Positions 23,809 through 37,801 of a DNA stretch of 64,000 nt are shown piece by piece. The DNA lies in contig NW_026262679.1 of the NCBI RefSeq assembly GCF_021869535.1, forward strand, positions 42,284,001 to 42,348,000, written 5' to 3'. The notes under the pieces are model-generated. The model worked only from the letters and a program-made list of their open reading frames with translations, was not told the origin of the DNA and ran no database searches. The translations under genes were made by a program, and so were the position numbers. The first letter of the stretch is position 1. Every line of letters begins with the position of its first letter. Source of the stretch: Mytilus californianus. Its lineage: Eukaryota.

Positions 23809-25030
23809 CTGCAGTGGACAAAAAAAAAATGAATAGAAATAGGTGAAATCATGGCTGTAAATCTCCTTGCAGAGACATCTTCTATTTAATAATTCTTACT
23901 TTTATGATATTTAATATTTCTAAAAAAGACGAAGATAAAAATTTACAAATTACATAGAAAATTAGAGATTGAGCAACCGAATCCCGTTGTAATAAACCAG
24001 CAAATCCCCTAATAATAAACCAGTAAATGCAATTGGTAGCGTAAGTAGAGTAATAATTTCTGCTGTAGTGATACTCATCGTTTTCAACATATTACGTAAT
24101 CCAGTAAATTTCATAATCAGTGCCACCAACAACTTTCATCTTAACTCATCAAGTATGTCCTTATTTGAAAAAGTAAGGTCTCGAATAGCATACCAGCTCA
24201 AAGATTGCAACGTGAAGTTCACGGTATGGCCATGATGAGGAAGAATTTTAATGAGTTAGATATTTATGTTATATTCTTTCCTGTAAGACATTATAGATCA
24301 ACAAATATACAAATAAGAATATGTGGTATAATTGCCAATGAGACAACTATCCACAAGAGACCAAATGACACATAATTTAAAAACTATCGGTCACCGTACG
24401 GTCTTCAACAATAAGTAAAACCAATACCGCACTGTCAGCTATAAAAGGCCTCGAAATGACAAATGTTAAACAATTCAAACGAGAAAACTAAAGTCCACAA
24501 ACATTGGAGAATCAACTTAACCGGAACGCCAATATTCTCCACCTCCTCGGAGTGTGATCAGTACGATCCCTCTCAATTTAGATTGAATCTAAATTTTCAA
24601 TTTTTGCGACGAATGTTAAAACTAGAGTTTAGCTATCGAGATTGTAGAAAAAGTGTAAGTAACGATCGAAAGTTTATTTTTCTTATATGTTTCGGTCTGT
24701 CAAGTGAATTCTTTACCACTAATAATAGCGTAATTATCCGTTAATTGGGGGAGATGGTATAGCCTACATTCGATTTTAATAAGTCCTCACATCCCTCCAA
24801 AGAGGGTGTAAAAGCACAAAACCAATTAATGAGAAAGAATCCTCTTATCACTCTTTAAGTCTAAAGAAAGCTTAACTGATATGAACGTTATCTGATTAGT
24901 ATAAAATTGAAATCTGAGACAGAGGATCGTTTTTTTGCACCCATGTGAATATCGATTTTTTGTTTAAATAAAGACATGTTCACTGTAATCCGTAACCCAA
25001 TGTGTTGTCAATAAAAAAAAATGTACTTAC

Positions 25031-25272
25031 CCATTTTGATTTACTCCCTGTATAATTTTTTACTTGCAGCTCAACATTACCCATTGAATATGGTAAATCA
25101 AATACCAATGACTCAAAACATACTGTATACGATCTATGCTCACTACTCTCTCCACCAGTAAAACTAAAATCACATAGTTTTGGAGAAGTTTGTCCATGCC
25201 ATGATAATTTATAAAATGTGCTCTCCGTTAGTCGTCTGACGTATTCGTCACAATAATGAGACGCAAACTGTA
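25031..25272 (-). CDS. Paralog B exon 2, CUB-like ectodomain part 1 (QFASHYCDEYVRRLTESTFYKLSWHGQTSPKLCDFSFTGG...VCFESLVFDLP...SKW)
   Basis: Acceptor tatttcag, donor TGG|GTAAGT, 242 nt = 2+80 codons, no stops. About 60/78 aa identical to C exon 2, with 14 synonymous codon differences by manual count. Not in the ORF track. Confidence 0.9.
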
Positions 25273-28075
25273 CTGAAATAATTAAGTACTTGATTATTAG
25301 TTTTACTTAAAAAATAAATTTAATTTGAAATAAGACCAACATTGTAGAGCTATATGACCAAAAGGAACATAAAAAAACGATAGAAAGGTCAACTTTGTTG
25401 GACCCGTCGTTTTGTAAAAGGTTCTTAATTTATAAACGGAGAATTTAAGAAAAGTTTGTTAGAAATAATGTCAGAATCCAACCCCGCAAAGCTTTTTGTA
25501 TATTTAGTAACTAACAACCCACCAACAGGCCCTAGTGCTAGTATATGAAAATATTAATTTAATAATTTCGTGCGTCCGAAGCGCTTTTCTGAATTAACAT
25601 TAATCAGGAACGTTCAATCCCAAAAAGTTGAAAGCCAAAATGATGTATAAGACCTAAATACGTGACCAAAAGGATTATAACAAAATATGTTTTACATCAA
25701 GTTTTGCTAGCTATCGGGTCGTAGTATATTTATTCTCGTAAATTTCGAGATACGTATACGTCAACGCGTTTGATACGATTGAATACGCTATCATCACCCA
25801 AAGCAACAAATGAATCAACTCAGATGTAATATTCTATCAGAAATTATGCACGACATGTACTTTGGATACCACTAGACTTTCATTAAATGCGTCATTATAC
25901 CAGTTCACATACAGCAAGAAGTCAGCACTTAATGTATACATGAAATATGGATAAGTTTTTTTTCCATAAATGTTTTGTTAATAGAATTTTGAATTACTTG
26001 AAACATCAAGGTTATTCTACAACCAGACATAGATGACCTCAGTCGGTTTTAGCCAAACTTTTTGGAAATTAAGGCTTGCAATGCTCTTCAACTTCGTGTT
26101 TGATTTTTGGCCTTCAAAACGTTGATTCGAACGTCATAACAATTTATGCCTGGTATGGTTAGTGAGTTTTTTATTTGTTCATTGAACTTGATTTGGCCCA
26201 GTAAGCATGAAACATAAATTAGAGTGACCTTCCTTTTATAGTTTGTTGTGTTAAATCATGGCAATATTTTTTTCCATAAGACTCAATATGGTAATACAGT
26301 TATAAAATTTTCAATATGTTTCTTAAAGATAGATATGTGCTGGCATGATACAGAACATTCGAGTGTTCGATTTTACCTCTTTAAACTAAGAGGATTAAGT
26401 ACCAACAATAAATAAATAATACAATTTGCGATAGACCATCATGTGCTATAATTGTGATTGTGAACAACTGAATTTGGATGACCGTTATGGAATATCTTTA
26501 TTGCAGATGTTTATGGATATGTTCAAATTGTCGAAGGTATTCTCCCGTTCAAATTTTCTTGATTGTGACATATCCCAATATGACTTAACAGGTAATTTAT
26601 ACTAACTAATGGTAACTCTACGGTTGCTGGATGTGGAACAGAATATGTACTCTTCAGGAGCACCTGATATTACCCCTTATTTATTTTGGTGGGGTTCTTA
26701 TTAGTCAGGGTTTTTTTGTACTGTTTTGTAGACTGTTGTCTTTTTCCGTTTTTGGTAAAAGTTTTAGTATCTCCTCGTCTAATGAGTTTTTATTCTCCCT
26801 TTTGCATCTTCCATCTCTTTTTCAAAAATAAGTATATAGATATAAGAAGATGTGGTATGAGTGCCAATGAGACAACTCTCCATCCAAGTCAAAATTTATA
26901 AAAGTAAACCATTATAAGTCAAAGTACGGTCTTCAACACGGAGCCTTGGCTCACACCGAACAGCAAGCCATAAAGAGCCCCAAAAATTACTAGTGTAAAA
27001 CCATTCAAACGGGAAAACCAACGGTCTAATCTATATAAAAAACAAGAAACGAGAAACACTTATGAACCACATCAACAAACGACAACTACAGAACGTTTTA
27101 CATACTAACAATATAATTATAATACCGATTTGCGTGTGCGTGATACTGATTTTGAATGACATTCACCAGGTATGTTCGAGACCACATGTTTTGAAAGTTA
27201 AATTGTAATTAAAGCAGTAAAAAAATGAAACTTTTAAAATATTTTACCAAAAGGTCATAAACAGAACAGCTACTAGAGCGACACTACGGGTGCCACATGT
27301 AGTGAAGGATCTTTTTACCCTCCCGGAGCACCTGAGATCACCCCTGTTTTTGGTGGGGTTCTTGTTGCTCAGTCTTAGTTTTCTATGTTGTGTTTTGTGT
27401 ACTGTTGTTTGTCTGTTGTTCTGTTTTAGTCATGGCGTTGTCAGTTTATTTTCGACTTATGAGCTTGAATGTCCCTCTGTTATCTTTCGCCACTCTTCTA
27501 CAATAAACTTTTCCTTAGGAAGATAGAACATTAGTTTAATTACATTGTGTTTTTAATGAGTTGGAAGTTTACAGATAAATTGTATCATTTTTTTAAAATA
27601 ATGCCGATAATGAATTCCTGCAGCCTTTCTATGTCTTCTGTCTATACGTGAACGGTTTTACCTTTTGAAAGTTAAGCTTATCTTAGCCGGTTTATTCGAT
27701 GAAAAGTATGGTTGGCTGGCTTTGGTCAGCGCCAATGTTTTCATTCAATAACTTGATACATTTTTGTAACCATTCAACCAATGCTTTTCAAATTTTTACA
27801 TGTTGTAATTGATAACAGCAAAGTTGACATAATTTGTCATGACGAATCGAATTTTCACCTTTACCATTCAACATTTATGGCCCGGAATTTCGTTATTACA
27901 ATCAATTGAACAGATGTACAAAATCGTGGTTTTCTGTCATAAGACACCAGCGTTTTAGATGATATAATGTACATCGTTTATTAAACGATTTTATGTAGAC
28001 TCAGTGTTAGCTAACCGACATTAATAATATCATATCTGTGTGAATTTGTAGCCAAGGATAAAGCTTCACAGTAAC

Positions 28076-28281
28076 TACTAAGTTACCAACTTATTATCGC
28101 GCATACTTTTTTTCGCGTTTAGTCGTTTCTATTTGTATTCGCTGCGATTTATTTTCGCGGTGTTCTAATTTCATTGATGTATTGATATAAGAAAAGATAG
28201 AAGTTTAACATATTCGAGACGATTTATATTTGCATTAGTTTTCTACTCCCGAAAGTCGCGAAAATTAGTTGGTTTACAGTA
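28076..28281. mobile_element. Degenerate MITE with ttttcgcg repeats ending ttggtttacagta
   Basis: Right TIR clear, left TIR degenerate. Confidence 0.45.
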
Positions 28282-28739
28282 TGTATGGCTTACTAGCGAA
28301 CTCGATAATATATGAGTAAACTTACAATTAATTGAATAGAATCCATAACAACTGTTCATATGAAGGCCAATCAAGAAAATTAAAACGACATTTTGCTCTG
28401 TGATAAACTGCATTCTGAAAAATGTATGACGAATATTACTACATGTGTTTGAACATCAATGTAATGATGTATACTAATACAGGTGCTTTTTAGCAATTTA
28501 TATAACCACTATACAGTGAATTATAATAGAAGCCGTTTTGGTAACATTATAAACAATCTCGACTCGTTCGGTAACCCAAATTTGTTTAGATCCAACGCAT
28601 TTGGACTTTGATGAATAATTATCTCATTGGCAATGATACCACATCTCCTTATACATGAACATATATTAAAGGCTTTTGATTGAACGTATTTCAAATGAAA
28701 TTGTTTCCTTTGTAAATACTGTTGATTTAATAGAATTAA

Positions 28740-29292
28740 GGTTCATCATAACAAATGGACAAAAATGGCTGTATTTACACTTCAAAAACTAATCTGAGTA
28801 CAGACTAACCTAAATATAAAAGTTAAATGCATTTTGTGTTTCAGAAAGATAAAATCTTTTTTGGATTTTGATGGGCATTTTTTTTTCGTTCCTGCAGAAG
28901 GTGTAAAAATAAACTAAGTTTGGATACAACTTTGAGATGCTCCCTATCAGGTAACAACTATTGTATTGCATTAATTATCCTTGATTGACATGGACAATAG
29001 ACAGACAATGGGTATCTACACAACTATAGGGGAGTTAAAGGTGTAACTGGGTGGACAGTATAAAAGCAATTCAGGTGTTTGTTTATTTTTACACCAACAG
29101 CAGGAACGAAAAATAATGCCCATCAAAATCCAAAAAAGATTTTATCTTTCTGAAACACAAAATACATTTAACTTTTATATATCTAGTGGATGCCAGGCCT
29201 TCAAACTTTTCAAACTGGACAGGCTAGTCTGTATTCAGAGTAGTTTTTGAGGTGTAAATACAGCCATTTTTGTCCATTTGTTATGATGAACC
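28740..29292. mobile_element. Kolobok-type MITE with long inverted arms (~175 bp)
   Basis: TTAA|GGTTCATCATAACAAATGG...CCATTTGTTATGATGAACC|TTAA. RR..YY termini and a TTAA target site. Confidence 0.8.
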
Positions 29293-30894
29293 TTAATAAG
29301 TCATGTCAACTTCCTGTATGGCGTGTTTACTAAATTAAGATAATACCTTTCTTACTCATTCAAGAAGATGAAGTCCTTATATATTGCCAAGAATATTTCT
29401 TCTGTTTTTATCCATTTTGTTGAATCAATAATTTCAGTAAATGTTACACAAATTGAAATATTCCACAGCATTATTAGAGCATAGAAACGGAACTTATTTG
29501 TACATTTATTATGACCTAAAAATAGATATTGATTGGGGTTTAAAAACAGCATTATAATCGATATACATTTAAATGATACACAACTAAAATTCGTGTGGGT
29601 TCTATAAATCTTTGAACATAAACTATTAAAAATCAATTTTTCATATCTAATATCTGAATTCTATCCTATTTTTTGCTTATTGTTATACATCCAACTCGGA
29701 CAATATTTGCCAGAATTTTGTGTAAATTATTTGAAACGTTTCCCTTAGGTCTCCATAGTAAATATGTATTTCACAATCTAATCAAAGGCATATATAGTAC
29801 CCTATTGTATGTCTTTGATCAACCATAAATAGATGGAGGTACAGTTAATGACCACACCATTTACTCAAATGCAAATGACAATCCTTTGACCAAGATGAAC
29901 TCCTTTTACAATGTTTTATATACAAATATGTAGGGTAAAATTATGTTAATACCAATTCATTCTTTCATTTCCTTATATTTCCTAAAAAAGGAATTTATAC
30001 ATTAGACCTAATGGGCAAATTTTTGACTACTTAAAGGAAAATTCTGAAAAAAATGTTAAGAGTTCTTTTACTAAATAGATAAATATATTCAATCTGCAAA
30101 AATAAACAACGAAATTAAATTAAAATTTTTTTAACTTCCATATTTTCCCAATATATAGATTTCTACGTCAACTGAGACAAAAATAATTATCAAAGATTTT
30201 TTTTTAGAAAAATGTTAAACAATCAAAGTAACATTATATACGAACCATCAAACGTCGTCCTTAACGACGTTGTTAATGATAATCTCACTATCCCTGATGA
30301 TCAAAGCTGAAACTGGTCGGATACTGAATGTTAACCTAACATTTTATTGAAATTTAATCGTGTTACTCAAGATATTAAATATCGGTCATTTATATAATCA
30401 TAAATGTAAAAAATAGATGTATATTTCATTTATGTATTGTTTAGAGTATCGTTATTCCTTACGATCTGACCATCTCGTAAAAATGATCCCTTTATCTAGA
30501 TGTTTTTATGATTGTTAACGATTTTGATCAGAATTGGAAAGGCTGTCCTCGCTTTTAATCACTAGACATTAATGATAAAAAAAAAATGACTCCACAATTC
30601 GAACAGAATATTGAAAAATTTGGTATCTGAATGAATATCATAATGAAACTGTTGTGTTTTGTGTATTATTGTTTGTCTGTGTGTCTGCTTGTCTGTTGGT
30701 CTTTTTCTTTTTTAGCCATGGCGTTGTCAGTTTATTTTCGACTTATGAGTTTGAATGTCCCTTTGGTATCTTTCGCCTCTCATTTTTAAAGTACTTTTAT
30801 CATATTATAAATTTTAAAAAAACCTAATCCAAACGGGAACTTTTGTATCAAAATTTGCGTTTATAATTTTACATTTTTAACAGTATGAGTTTTG

Positions 30895-31270
30895 CTCATT
30901 ATTAAAACGAACTCATTTCAGATACCAGGCTTGTACTTTGTTGCGCAAGAGGCGAGTTTCGTCTACATAAGACAAATCATTGGCGCCCGAATCAAAACAA
31001 GTGGAGCGCTAAAAAAATCAAAGTTGAACAGCATTGAAAACTACATCTACCGAAAAATGGTGCCAACTATGGCTAAGACCATCTATGCTTGTTGTAGCAA
31101 AACGCAGTGCTTCAAATACTTTAAATTTATGTAAATGACCATATCATGAAATATCATGTCAAATTTAGTGCTGACTTTTGTGCTGATGATACCCCTGAGG
31201 AATGCAATGTCTACCAACAGTGGCAGCGACTCAGTAGTTGTAAATGGTCATCAATTGAATATACCAGGCT
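30895..31270 (-). mobile_element. Degenerate Helitron-like repeat (gatgagtcttatgtagacgaaac-type end). Fragments at ~16330, 47865, 57815
   Basis: Similarity among fragments. Family assignment is from recall only. Confidence 0.45.
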
Positions 31271-32345
31271 TGTGAAGCCAGCCGCCCCTTAGTGGCTCTC
31301 GAATTAAAACAATTGGAAGGCCAACATAAATAAGAAAATGAAGAGCAATCAAAACCCAAAAAAGTTAAAGTTGAGGCAACATTAATTTACCGATGTTCAA
31401 ATCTCACATTAAACTGGAAAATACAAATCGATGTAGAATACAAAAACCTGAGATTTAAATGAACTAGAAAAGGCTAACGATGAATATCAGTTATTAAAAT
31501 CCTAGCGTTGTGATCTTTTGATGAATGATCGACGAACTGTCATTCATATAACATCTCATTATTTCTATATATTCATCACGCACGATTGAGGCCAAAACGA
31601 TTGAAAGATAAAGAATGTTTTCGAGCATACAACCAAAAAGACATATACAGAACAGTCACAGCAGTCTAACATCAACTTCGACTTCAACCTTAGTTTTATG
31701 CATTTATACATTTTTTATATCCTGTCTTAGGTAGGATTCGTGTTGCTCAAACTTAAGTTTCTGTGAAGTGTTTTTCGTGGATTGTTGATTGTGGTATATC
31801 TTACAGTCGGATTTTTTTGTGTGGCCATGTTGTTGTCTGTTTTTATTCGACCTCGATTTTTATTGCTTCTTGGTATCATATTGCTATGTTTTATAAATTG
31901 AAAATGTTACTAATTGTATCACATGTGGAACATGATCTGCTAATCCTTACGGAGCACCTGAGATCATCCCGGATTTTTAGTGGGGTTCGTGTTGCTCAGT
32001 CTTTAGTTTTCTATGTTGTATTTTTGTTTACTGTTGTTTGTGTTTGGTCGTTTTTCGTTTTTTGCCATGACATTGTCAGTTTATTTTCGACTTGTGAGTT
32101 TGAGTATCCCTTTGTTATCTTTTGCTCCACTTTTAAGAGCGGATTTAACTTTATATTCCCTTTTTATAATGGTATGACAAAGGGATGTACAAAAAGGCAT
32201 TTAAAAAAAATTATAACATGCCCGGTAATAACTTTCAGGGGAAACAGAATAATTCTATGTAAAATTTTGAAACACTTAAATCGCCAGCAATACCACACAG
32301 TACAAATTACCTCATCGATGTTTTTCTCCGACGTTAAAGACATAC

Positions 32346-32472
32346 AACCAAATACAAACAGCAAAAACAATATATGGCCCAAGTAGCCTGACGTATGTAT
32401 GATGTTGTAGGGAGAGACAATTGATACAAAGACCAAATTCATTGTAATTTTGAATATATCATCTAAACTCAT
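32346..32472 (-). CDS. Paralog B candidate exon 1 (MSLDDIFKITMNLVFVSIVSPYNIIHTSGYLGHILFLLFVFG), signal-peptide-like end
   Basis: 127 nt = 42 codons+1. Donor T|GTATGT in phase 1, matching the exon-2 acceptor. Hydrophobic ILFLLFVFG at the end. Donor conserved in the 14.2-kb copy. Start codon uncertain. Confidence 0.55.
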
Positions 32473-32964
32473 ACCACCAAATTGAATATAATTGAAACTT
32501 TTATTTAGTTTTGCTTCAATTTTGCGGTGTTGTTTACAACTGAAAGAAGATACATTTAACGAAATAAATCTATACTTTTGCCAACTTGTTTTATTCTTTG
32601 TTTTAGACAACATCTACTAAAAGTGCGGTTTTTTTCCGGATTAAAACAGAAATGAACTTTTTTAGATCTCATTCATTTCTCTGTTTAGGGTATCAAGAGC
32701 TTCGAACGCATATACACGTACTTCCTTGATATTGTCCCTGGAACCACGACATTTGTGAATAAGCGTTATCTTAATTTTTTGTTTGTTTGAATCGACAAAT
32801 ATTCTTTGAACGTCACCAATTGAACTGATAATTTGTAAGAATAAGTTCATAAAGACGTCATGTCATCATAGTTTTTATATATAGAAGATGCCACAATACA
32901 CAACTATTTTTTTTTTGTCGCTCGCTCTCTCTCTTTCTCGTCATGGGTGATTGTATTATAATAT

Positions 32965-33044
32965 TTAATACTTGATCGGAGGAGCTGAAGGTAGTTTATA
33001 ACCTGTAGCGACTTCATAGGTTGGAGGAGGCGCTAATGGATCTC
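32965..33044 (-). CDS. Paralog C terminal exon (GDPLAPPPTYEVATGYKLPSAPPIKY*)
   Basis: Acceptor ttttgtctgttgcag, 80 nt to TAA, PPxY motif. Confidence 0.88.
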
Positions 33045-34513
33045 CTGCAACAGACAAAAAATGATCACTAATATGTAGTATGAAGTTTAACAAGTATTTG
33101 TATTGTCAAAAGTATTTTAGTTGCCTCATCGGCAATCATACCACATCTACTTGCTTTTTATAAATAAGAGTGTTTAATGACAATGAAATATTGAATGGAT
33201 TGAAGTTAATTGAATATTATACTTTGCTAACTTTTACCCGAGACAGAACGTTTGATTTCGAGATCAAGAGCATTTTTTTCATATTTATTATGCAAAGGTA
33301 CACATGGTTCGATGCGTTGATGAACTCATTTAACTGTTACACTTACCGTGGTGTTTAATTTCTTTAAATATTATATTGGTTGCAACGAAAATGTCGTGAT
33401 TTCTTTTTTTCAAAATAAAATTGATATTTCACATGTGAAAATAATCCTGTTGTTTCACTCCTCTGATGTAATCAATAATGAATTTGATTAGTTATTCTAT
33501 TACTCAGAGTCCAAATCATATTGTTTTATCCACATTCGTCCGTCCGTCATTTCGAAATCAAAACACTATATGAATTTTGTTCGTTTAACCTGGTGATAAT
33601 AAGCTTTTGTTTGGTTAACAAGTGTATAATGGTAGCTACATATGTTTTTATAGATCTACTTTTCATAGATTTACGGTCCGAAGACATAGACAATTTCGTA
33701 AAACCTCTTTGTAACAGCAACAAGGGCTTAAGTGTTTTCCCGGCACAAAAAAAAAATTTTTATTTATTAATTAATTTTTCCATGTTTGCTATTATTCTTC
33801 TAAATATCATCGTTGTAGATTTTGACGAATCACATGAACATGTTCATAACGCATAATGTGGTCACCCTTATTTGGTTGTTTTTTTATAACTTCTATGCCA
33901 GAGATAATTTTTTTCTTCTTCAAAGAATAGTAATAATCTTAAATTATTTTCGAAATATACCGACAACGTGAAATGACATCTTGAATAAATAAGTATAAAA
34001 AACTAGAAGTGTGTAAAAATTATGTGTATCAATTAGAGTTCTGAAAACTATTCAATAAAAGATTATTGAATAAAACAAGTGTTCAAACGACATAAACAAT
34101 TGCTGATAATCTATAGCAGATCCAGTGTTGCATATGACATTCCTTATTCAAAACTTTCCTTGAAGAAGTATCATATTCTCATGTTGTTTTGTAAAGCATT
34201 AAAAATAATAATTTGACATTAAATATTAAGATATGATTCGGTTTTAAAACATTACGAATAATGATTGTCATGATCAAACTATACTATTACATTTATCGTA
34301 GAATTTTCTTTCCTCTATCATACAATTGCCCTTATAAGCTGCATTTTAAAAGTGTATTAATTGACCGCTTGGAAATAATCTAAATAAGCAAAAACAATAG
34401 TTAATAATGAATATATGATTTGAGCTGAAATAATCAAAATAGGTTGTATTTGTGCGAAAGTCAACAGTTGTATAACATAATGTATACTAAGAGTAGTAAA
34501 TGATAATAAATAC

Positions 34514-34936
34514 CTTGTAATGAATGGTAATTCGGTGGCGGTCCGGTAGGTTCAAGTATTAAAGACGACACGCTAATCTGTTCCGGCTCCTGTGGTATTG
34601 AATCCATTTCTGTCGTTTCCGACGAATGATTTTGAGGACTCTCGCCTCTCACTCTTAACACGAGTGTTGTACAACATCCCGCCCATGCAGAGCAGCATTC
34701 TCCGCAGGGCTTGAGTATATCGTCACAGTCACATGATGATAAATTGTCTCTACAGTTGCAATCACCAAAACATTTACATCTCAAACAATATGATAACGCT
34801 TCACCAATACATGAAAGGACGCCACTAGGTCCCGTATCCGACTTAAAACAGCGAAACATACCACATGCACACCCAATAAATATCGCAACAGAAAACACAG
34901 TTAAAATAATGCTGGAGACTGTTACAGCTGGTTCTT
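34514..34936 (-). CDS. Paralog C exon 4: TM (IILTVFSVAIFIGCACGMF), Cys-rich block, PPPNYHSL
   Basis: Acceptor ataattttag, donor G|GTATTT, 423 nt (phase 1-1), open. Homologous to 17937-18380. Confidence 0.9.
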
Positions 34937-34962
34937 CTAAAATTATAAGTATATATATAAAA

Positions 34963-35530
34963 AATAAGATGTGGTATGATTGACAATGAGACAACTCTTC
35001 ACAAGAGACCAAATGACAGAGAAATTAACAACTATAGGTCACCGTACGGCCTTCAACAATGAGCAAAGCCTATACCGCGTAATCAGCTATAAAAGGCCCC
35101 GAAATGACAAATGTAAAATAATTCAAACGAGAAAACTAACGGCCTAATTTATGTACAAAATAATGAACGAAAAACAAATATGTAACACAGCAACAAACGA
35201 CAACCACTGAATTACAGGCTCCTGACTTGGGACAGGCACATACATACAGAATGTGGCGGGGTTAAACATGTTAGCGGGCGCCTAACCCTCCCTTAACCTG
35301 GGACAGTGGTGTAACAGTACAACATAAGAACAAACTATAAAAATCAGTTGAAAAAGGCTTAACTCATCAGATGGATATAAAGAGAAATACATCTAACAAA
35401 AACACAGAGTGGACGTGGCCGGGTACTTGTACATCCCAACAACAAAAAGACACTAAGTACAGATCTGCGAGTACTCGCAATTACTGACAGCTAGTTCAAA
35501 GCCAAACGTAACAAATAAAAAATAAATCAT
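34963..35530 (+). repeat. Interspersed repeat starting aagatgtggtatgattgccaatgagacaactc. Other copies ~24316, 26843, 41235, 45745(-), 51060(-), 56060
   Basis: Shared ggtcaccgtacggccttcaacaatgagcaaagc...aaaaggccccgaaatgac core. Confidence 0.85.
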
Positions 35531-35584
35531 GCATCTAAGACCAATTGTTTGTCAATGTTTTATTTAAATGTAAATACTATTTAA

Positions 35585-35856
35585 GGTGTTACAAAACACC
35601 TTGACTAAAATTTATTTGGCTTGTTTAATTTTCATAAAATTTGGACAAAATATTTACTTTGTCCCTTTGACAAAAATATAAAAAAATCAAAAAAATTGAA
35701 CCATAATTTATCGGAAAAATTTAATTGGATATATAGCTGTTTGTCAATCACTAATTTTGATCATTAAGAAGCTTAATATTTCCTTAACAATAGAACGTGA
35801 TTAAAACATTCACCTGATATTAACAGAGCTATCTCCCTGTAGTGTTATGTACCACC
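35585..35856. mobile_element. Kolobok-type MITE
   Basis: TTAA|GGTGTTAC...GTACCACC|TTAA, 272 bp. Confidence 0.7.
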
Positions 35857-36270
35857 TTAAAACAGAGTTACTTTTATTGAAGCATAATTCGGTGTTGATC
35901 TTTTTAAAACTATTATATTGTTCAATACCATACTTTATAATTAGATCTGTTTTAACGGTGTCCTTTGATGTTCCTCTGATCGAATAATACAGAAGGGTTG
36001 ATAAGAAAATGAATTATGAAATATCAGGGGTTGTTTTTTTATTTCGTTTTGATTATTATATAATTAAATCTCTGATTTAAAAAAATATATCAATTTAACA
36101 AATCCAGTTACTTCAATTGGTATGTGCTTTTTGGGGTATTTTTTTCGTCTGGCATTTCAAATTTAGTAAACCTCGTAATTTCAATAAGGTCATTAAACGA
36201 CCTTTAGTATTTGTATCCCAAGCTGGTTACATGTTATGCGTGCAACTTTTTTATCATTAAAGATTATCAC

Positions 36271-36418
36271 CTTCTAAACGAGAGGCTGTCACTTTAATGA
36301 TGAGATAGGTCTTTTGTGTTGGCTCTGTATATCCATTTGGTAAAATAATGGACATGCTTAACTCGTATGCCTGTTTTACACAGGTTTTCTCTATAAATCT
36401 GTCAGCACTAGTATATGA
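36271..36418 (-). CDS. Paralog C exon 3 (SYTSADRFIEKTCVKQAYELSMSIILPNGYTEPTQKTYLIIKVTASRLE)
   Basis: Acceptor ttcttttattcattgtag (phase 0), donor G|GTGATA (phase 1), 148 nt, open. Confidence 0.88.
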
Positions 36419-37801
36419 CTACAATGAATAAAAGAAGGTTGATAAGAAATAGATGAAAACAAGGCTTTTAAATTCCGCGCCTAGAAACCTTCTGTTGAAT
36501 CTGTCATATTCTATTCTGATTGGAGACTGTTTGATATTCAAGCAGTCAGACGCACTATGAAATGATGACAAAATATTAAAATTATAATACAACTTTTTAC
36601 TTAATTTTGAACATTTTAAAATTTATTTGTACAATCATTATCGGCAGGGCATTGATCTATCAACAAATTGATAAAAGTCTAAACCGTATAACTAATAATA
36701 TATAAAATAAATCTGAGAGGTTCCTTTGTAGCAAAATTGTGTTGATATTTTTTGCAGTTTGTTTTTATTTGTTTTTTTTAGACATTTATTTATATGGTAT
36801 TATATCATTTAATATAAATTGTTAAATAAAGAAAAAATAAACAGTTTTGTACTGCATTCCTGACACGTAGTGTTGTCATTTTAGCGGTATTTTCAACATT
36901 GTCATATAAGCGGTATGTTTGGCTAGCCATAAAACCAGGTTCAACCCACCATTTTTTTCTTAAAATGTCCTGTACCAAGTCAGGAATATGGCAGTTGTCA
37001 TTTACTGTACAGTCCGTTTCTATATATGTTGGTGTTTGCTTTTGTTGTAGATCAGTGTTTCTGTTGTTCCGTTGTTTTCCTCTTATAGTTGATGTGTTTC
37101 CCTCGGATTTAGTTTGTTACCCGGATTTGTGTTTGCTTAATAAAATTATGACTATTGAACAGCGGTATTCTACTGTTGCCTTTATTAATACGGACCATCA
37201 ATGATTATAAATTGACACCATCACGGATTGACGAAAAAGGAGAAAAATACTAAAAATAAAATGCAGGTTGAGCAACGGGGACCCAAATCAAAACCGAACA
37301 ATAAAATTATCAGATTTGGAAGAGTAATGTATCATGTTTCCCAATGGCCTATTCGAGACATAATACTCATAATCAACATTTCTGTCATACAGGATTGGTG
37401 CTTCATAATCTAGTGCGATACCATATTCAGTAGCGTAAACAACCACTTTGTTCTGGTTGGTTTAGGTAACCTCTGACACCAATTTTCGGTAACATTCACC
37501 GAAATATTATAGATGCGTAAAAGGTTCAAAGGAGATAACTTCTACCTACTATATCATGGCATAATTGCTCCTTTGTAAGCATTACCCCTCTATGAAATGG
37601 AAATCATGATAAGAAAACATTATATCGAATATCATATCAGCTCAAAAAGCTATGTACTCTAAATAAAGATGCTGTTTAAATGCTGCCTTATAAAAATGGA
37701 AAGTTTTAAACAAGTAAAATTTATAGTCCCAGTGTTCATGCCATGGTGATAGGCAGAAACAAGCTACACATGGTGTATCCTGGTATAGTGATACATATGC
37801 A

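Noticed and set aside
23960-24260. Protein-like minus-strand frames (KILPHHGHTVNFTL.., ENDEYHYSRNYY..) between B exons 2 and 3
   Set aside because: Broken by stops in all frames, no matching segment found in C, and the distal part resembles a degenerate repeat.
27655-27830. Minus-strand segment ending AAAAG|GTAAAA, a candidate exon
   Set aside because: Stops in every frame and no counterpart seen in the other paralogs.
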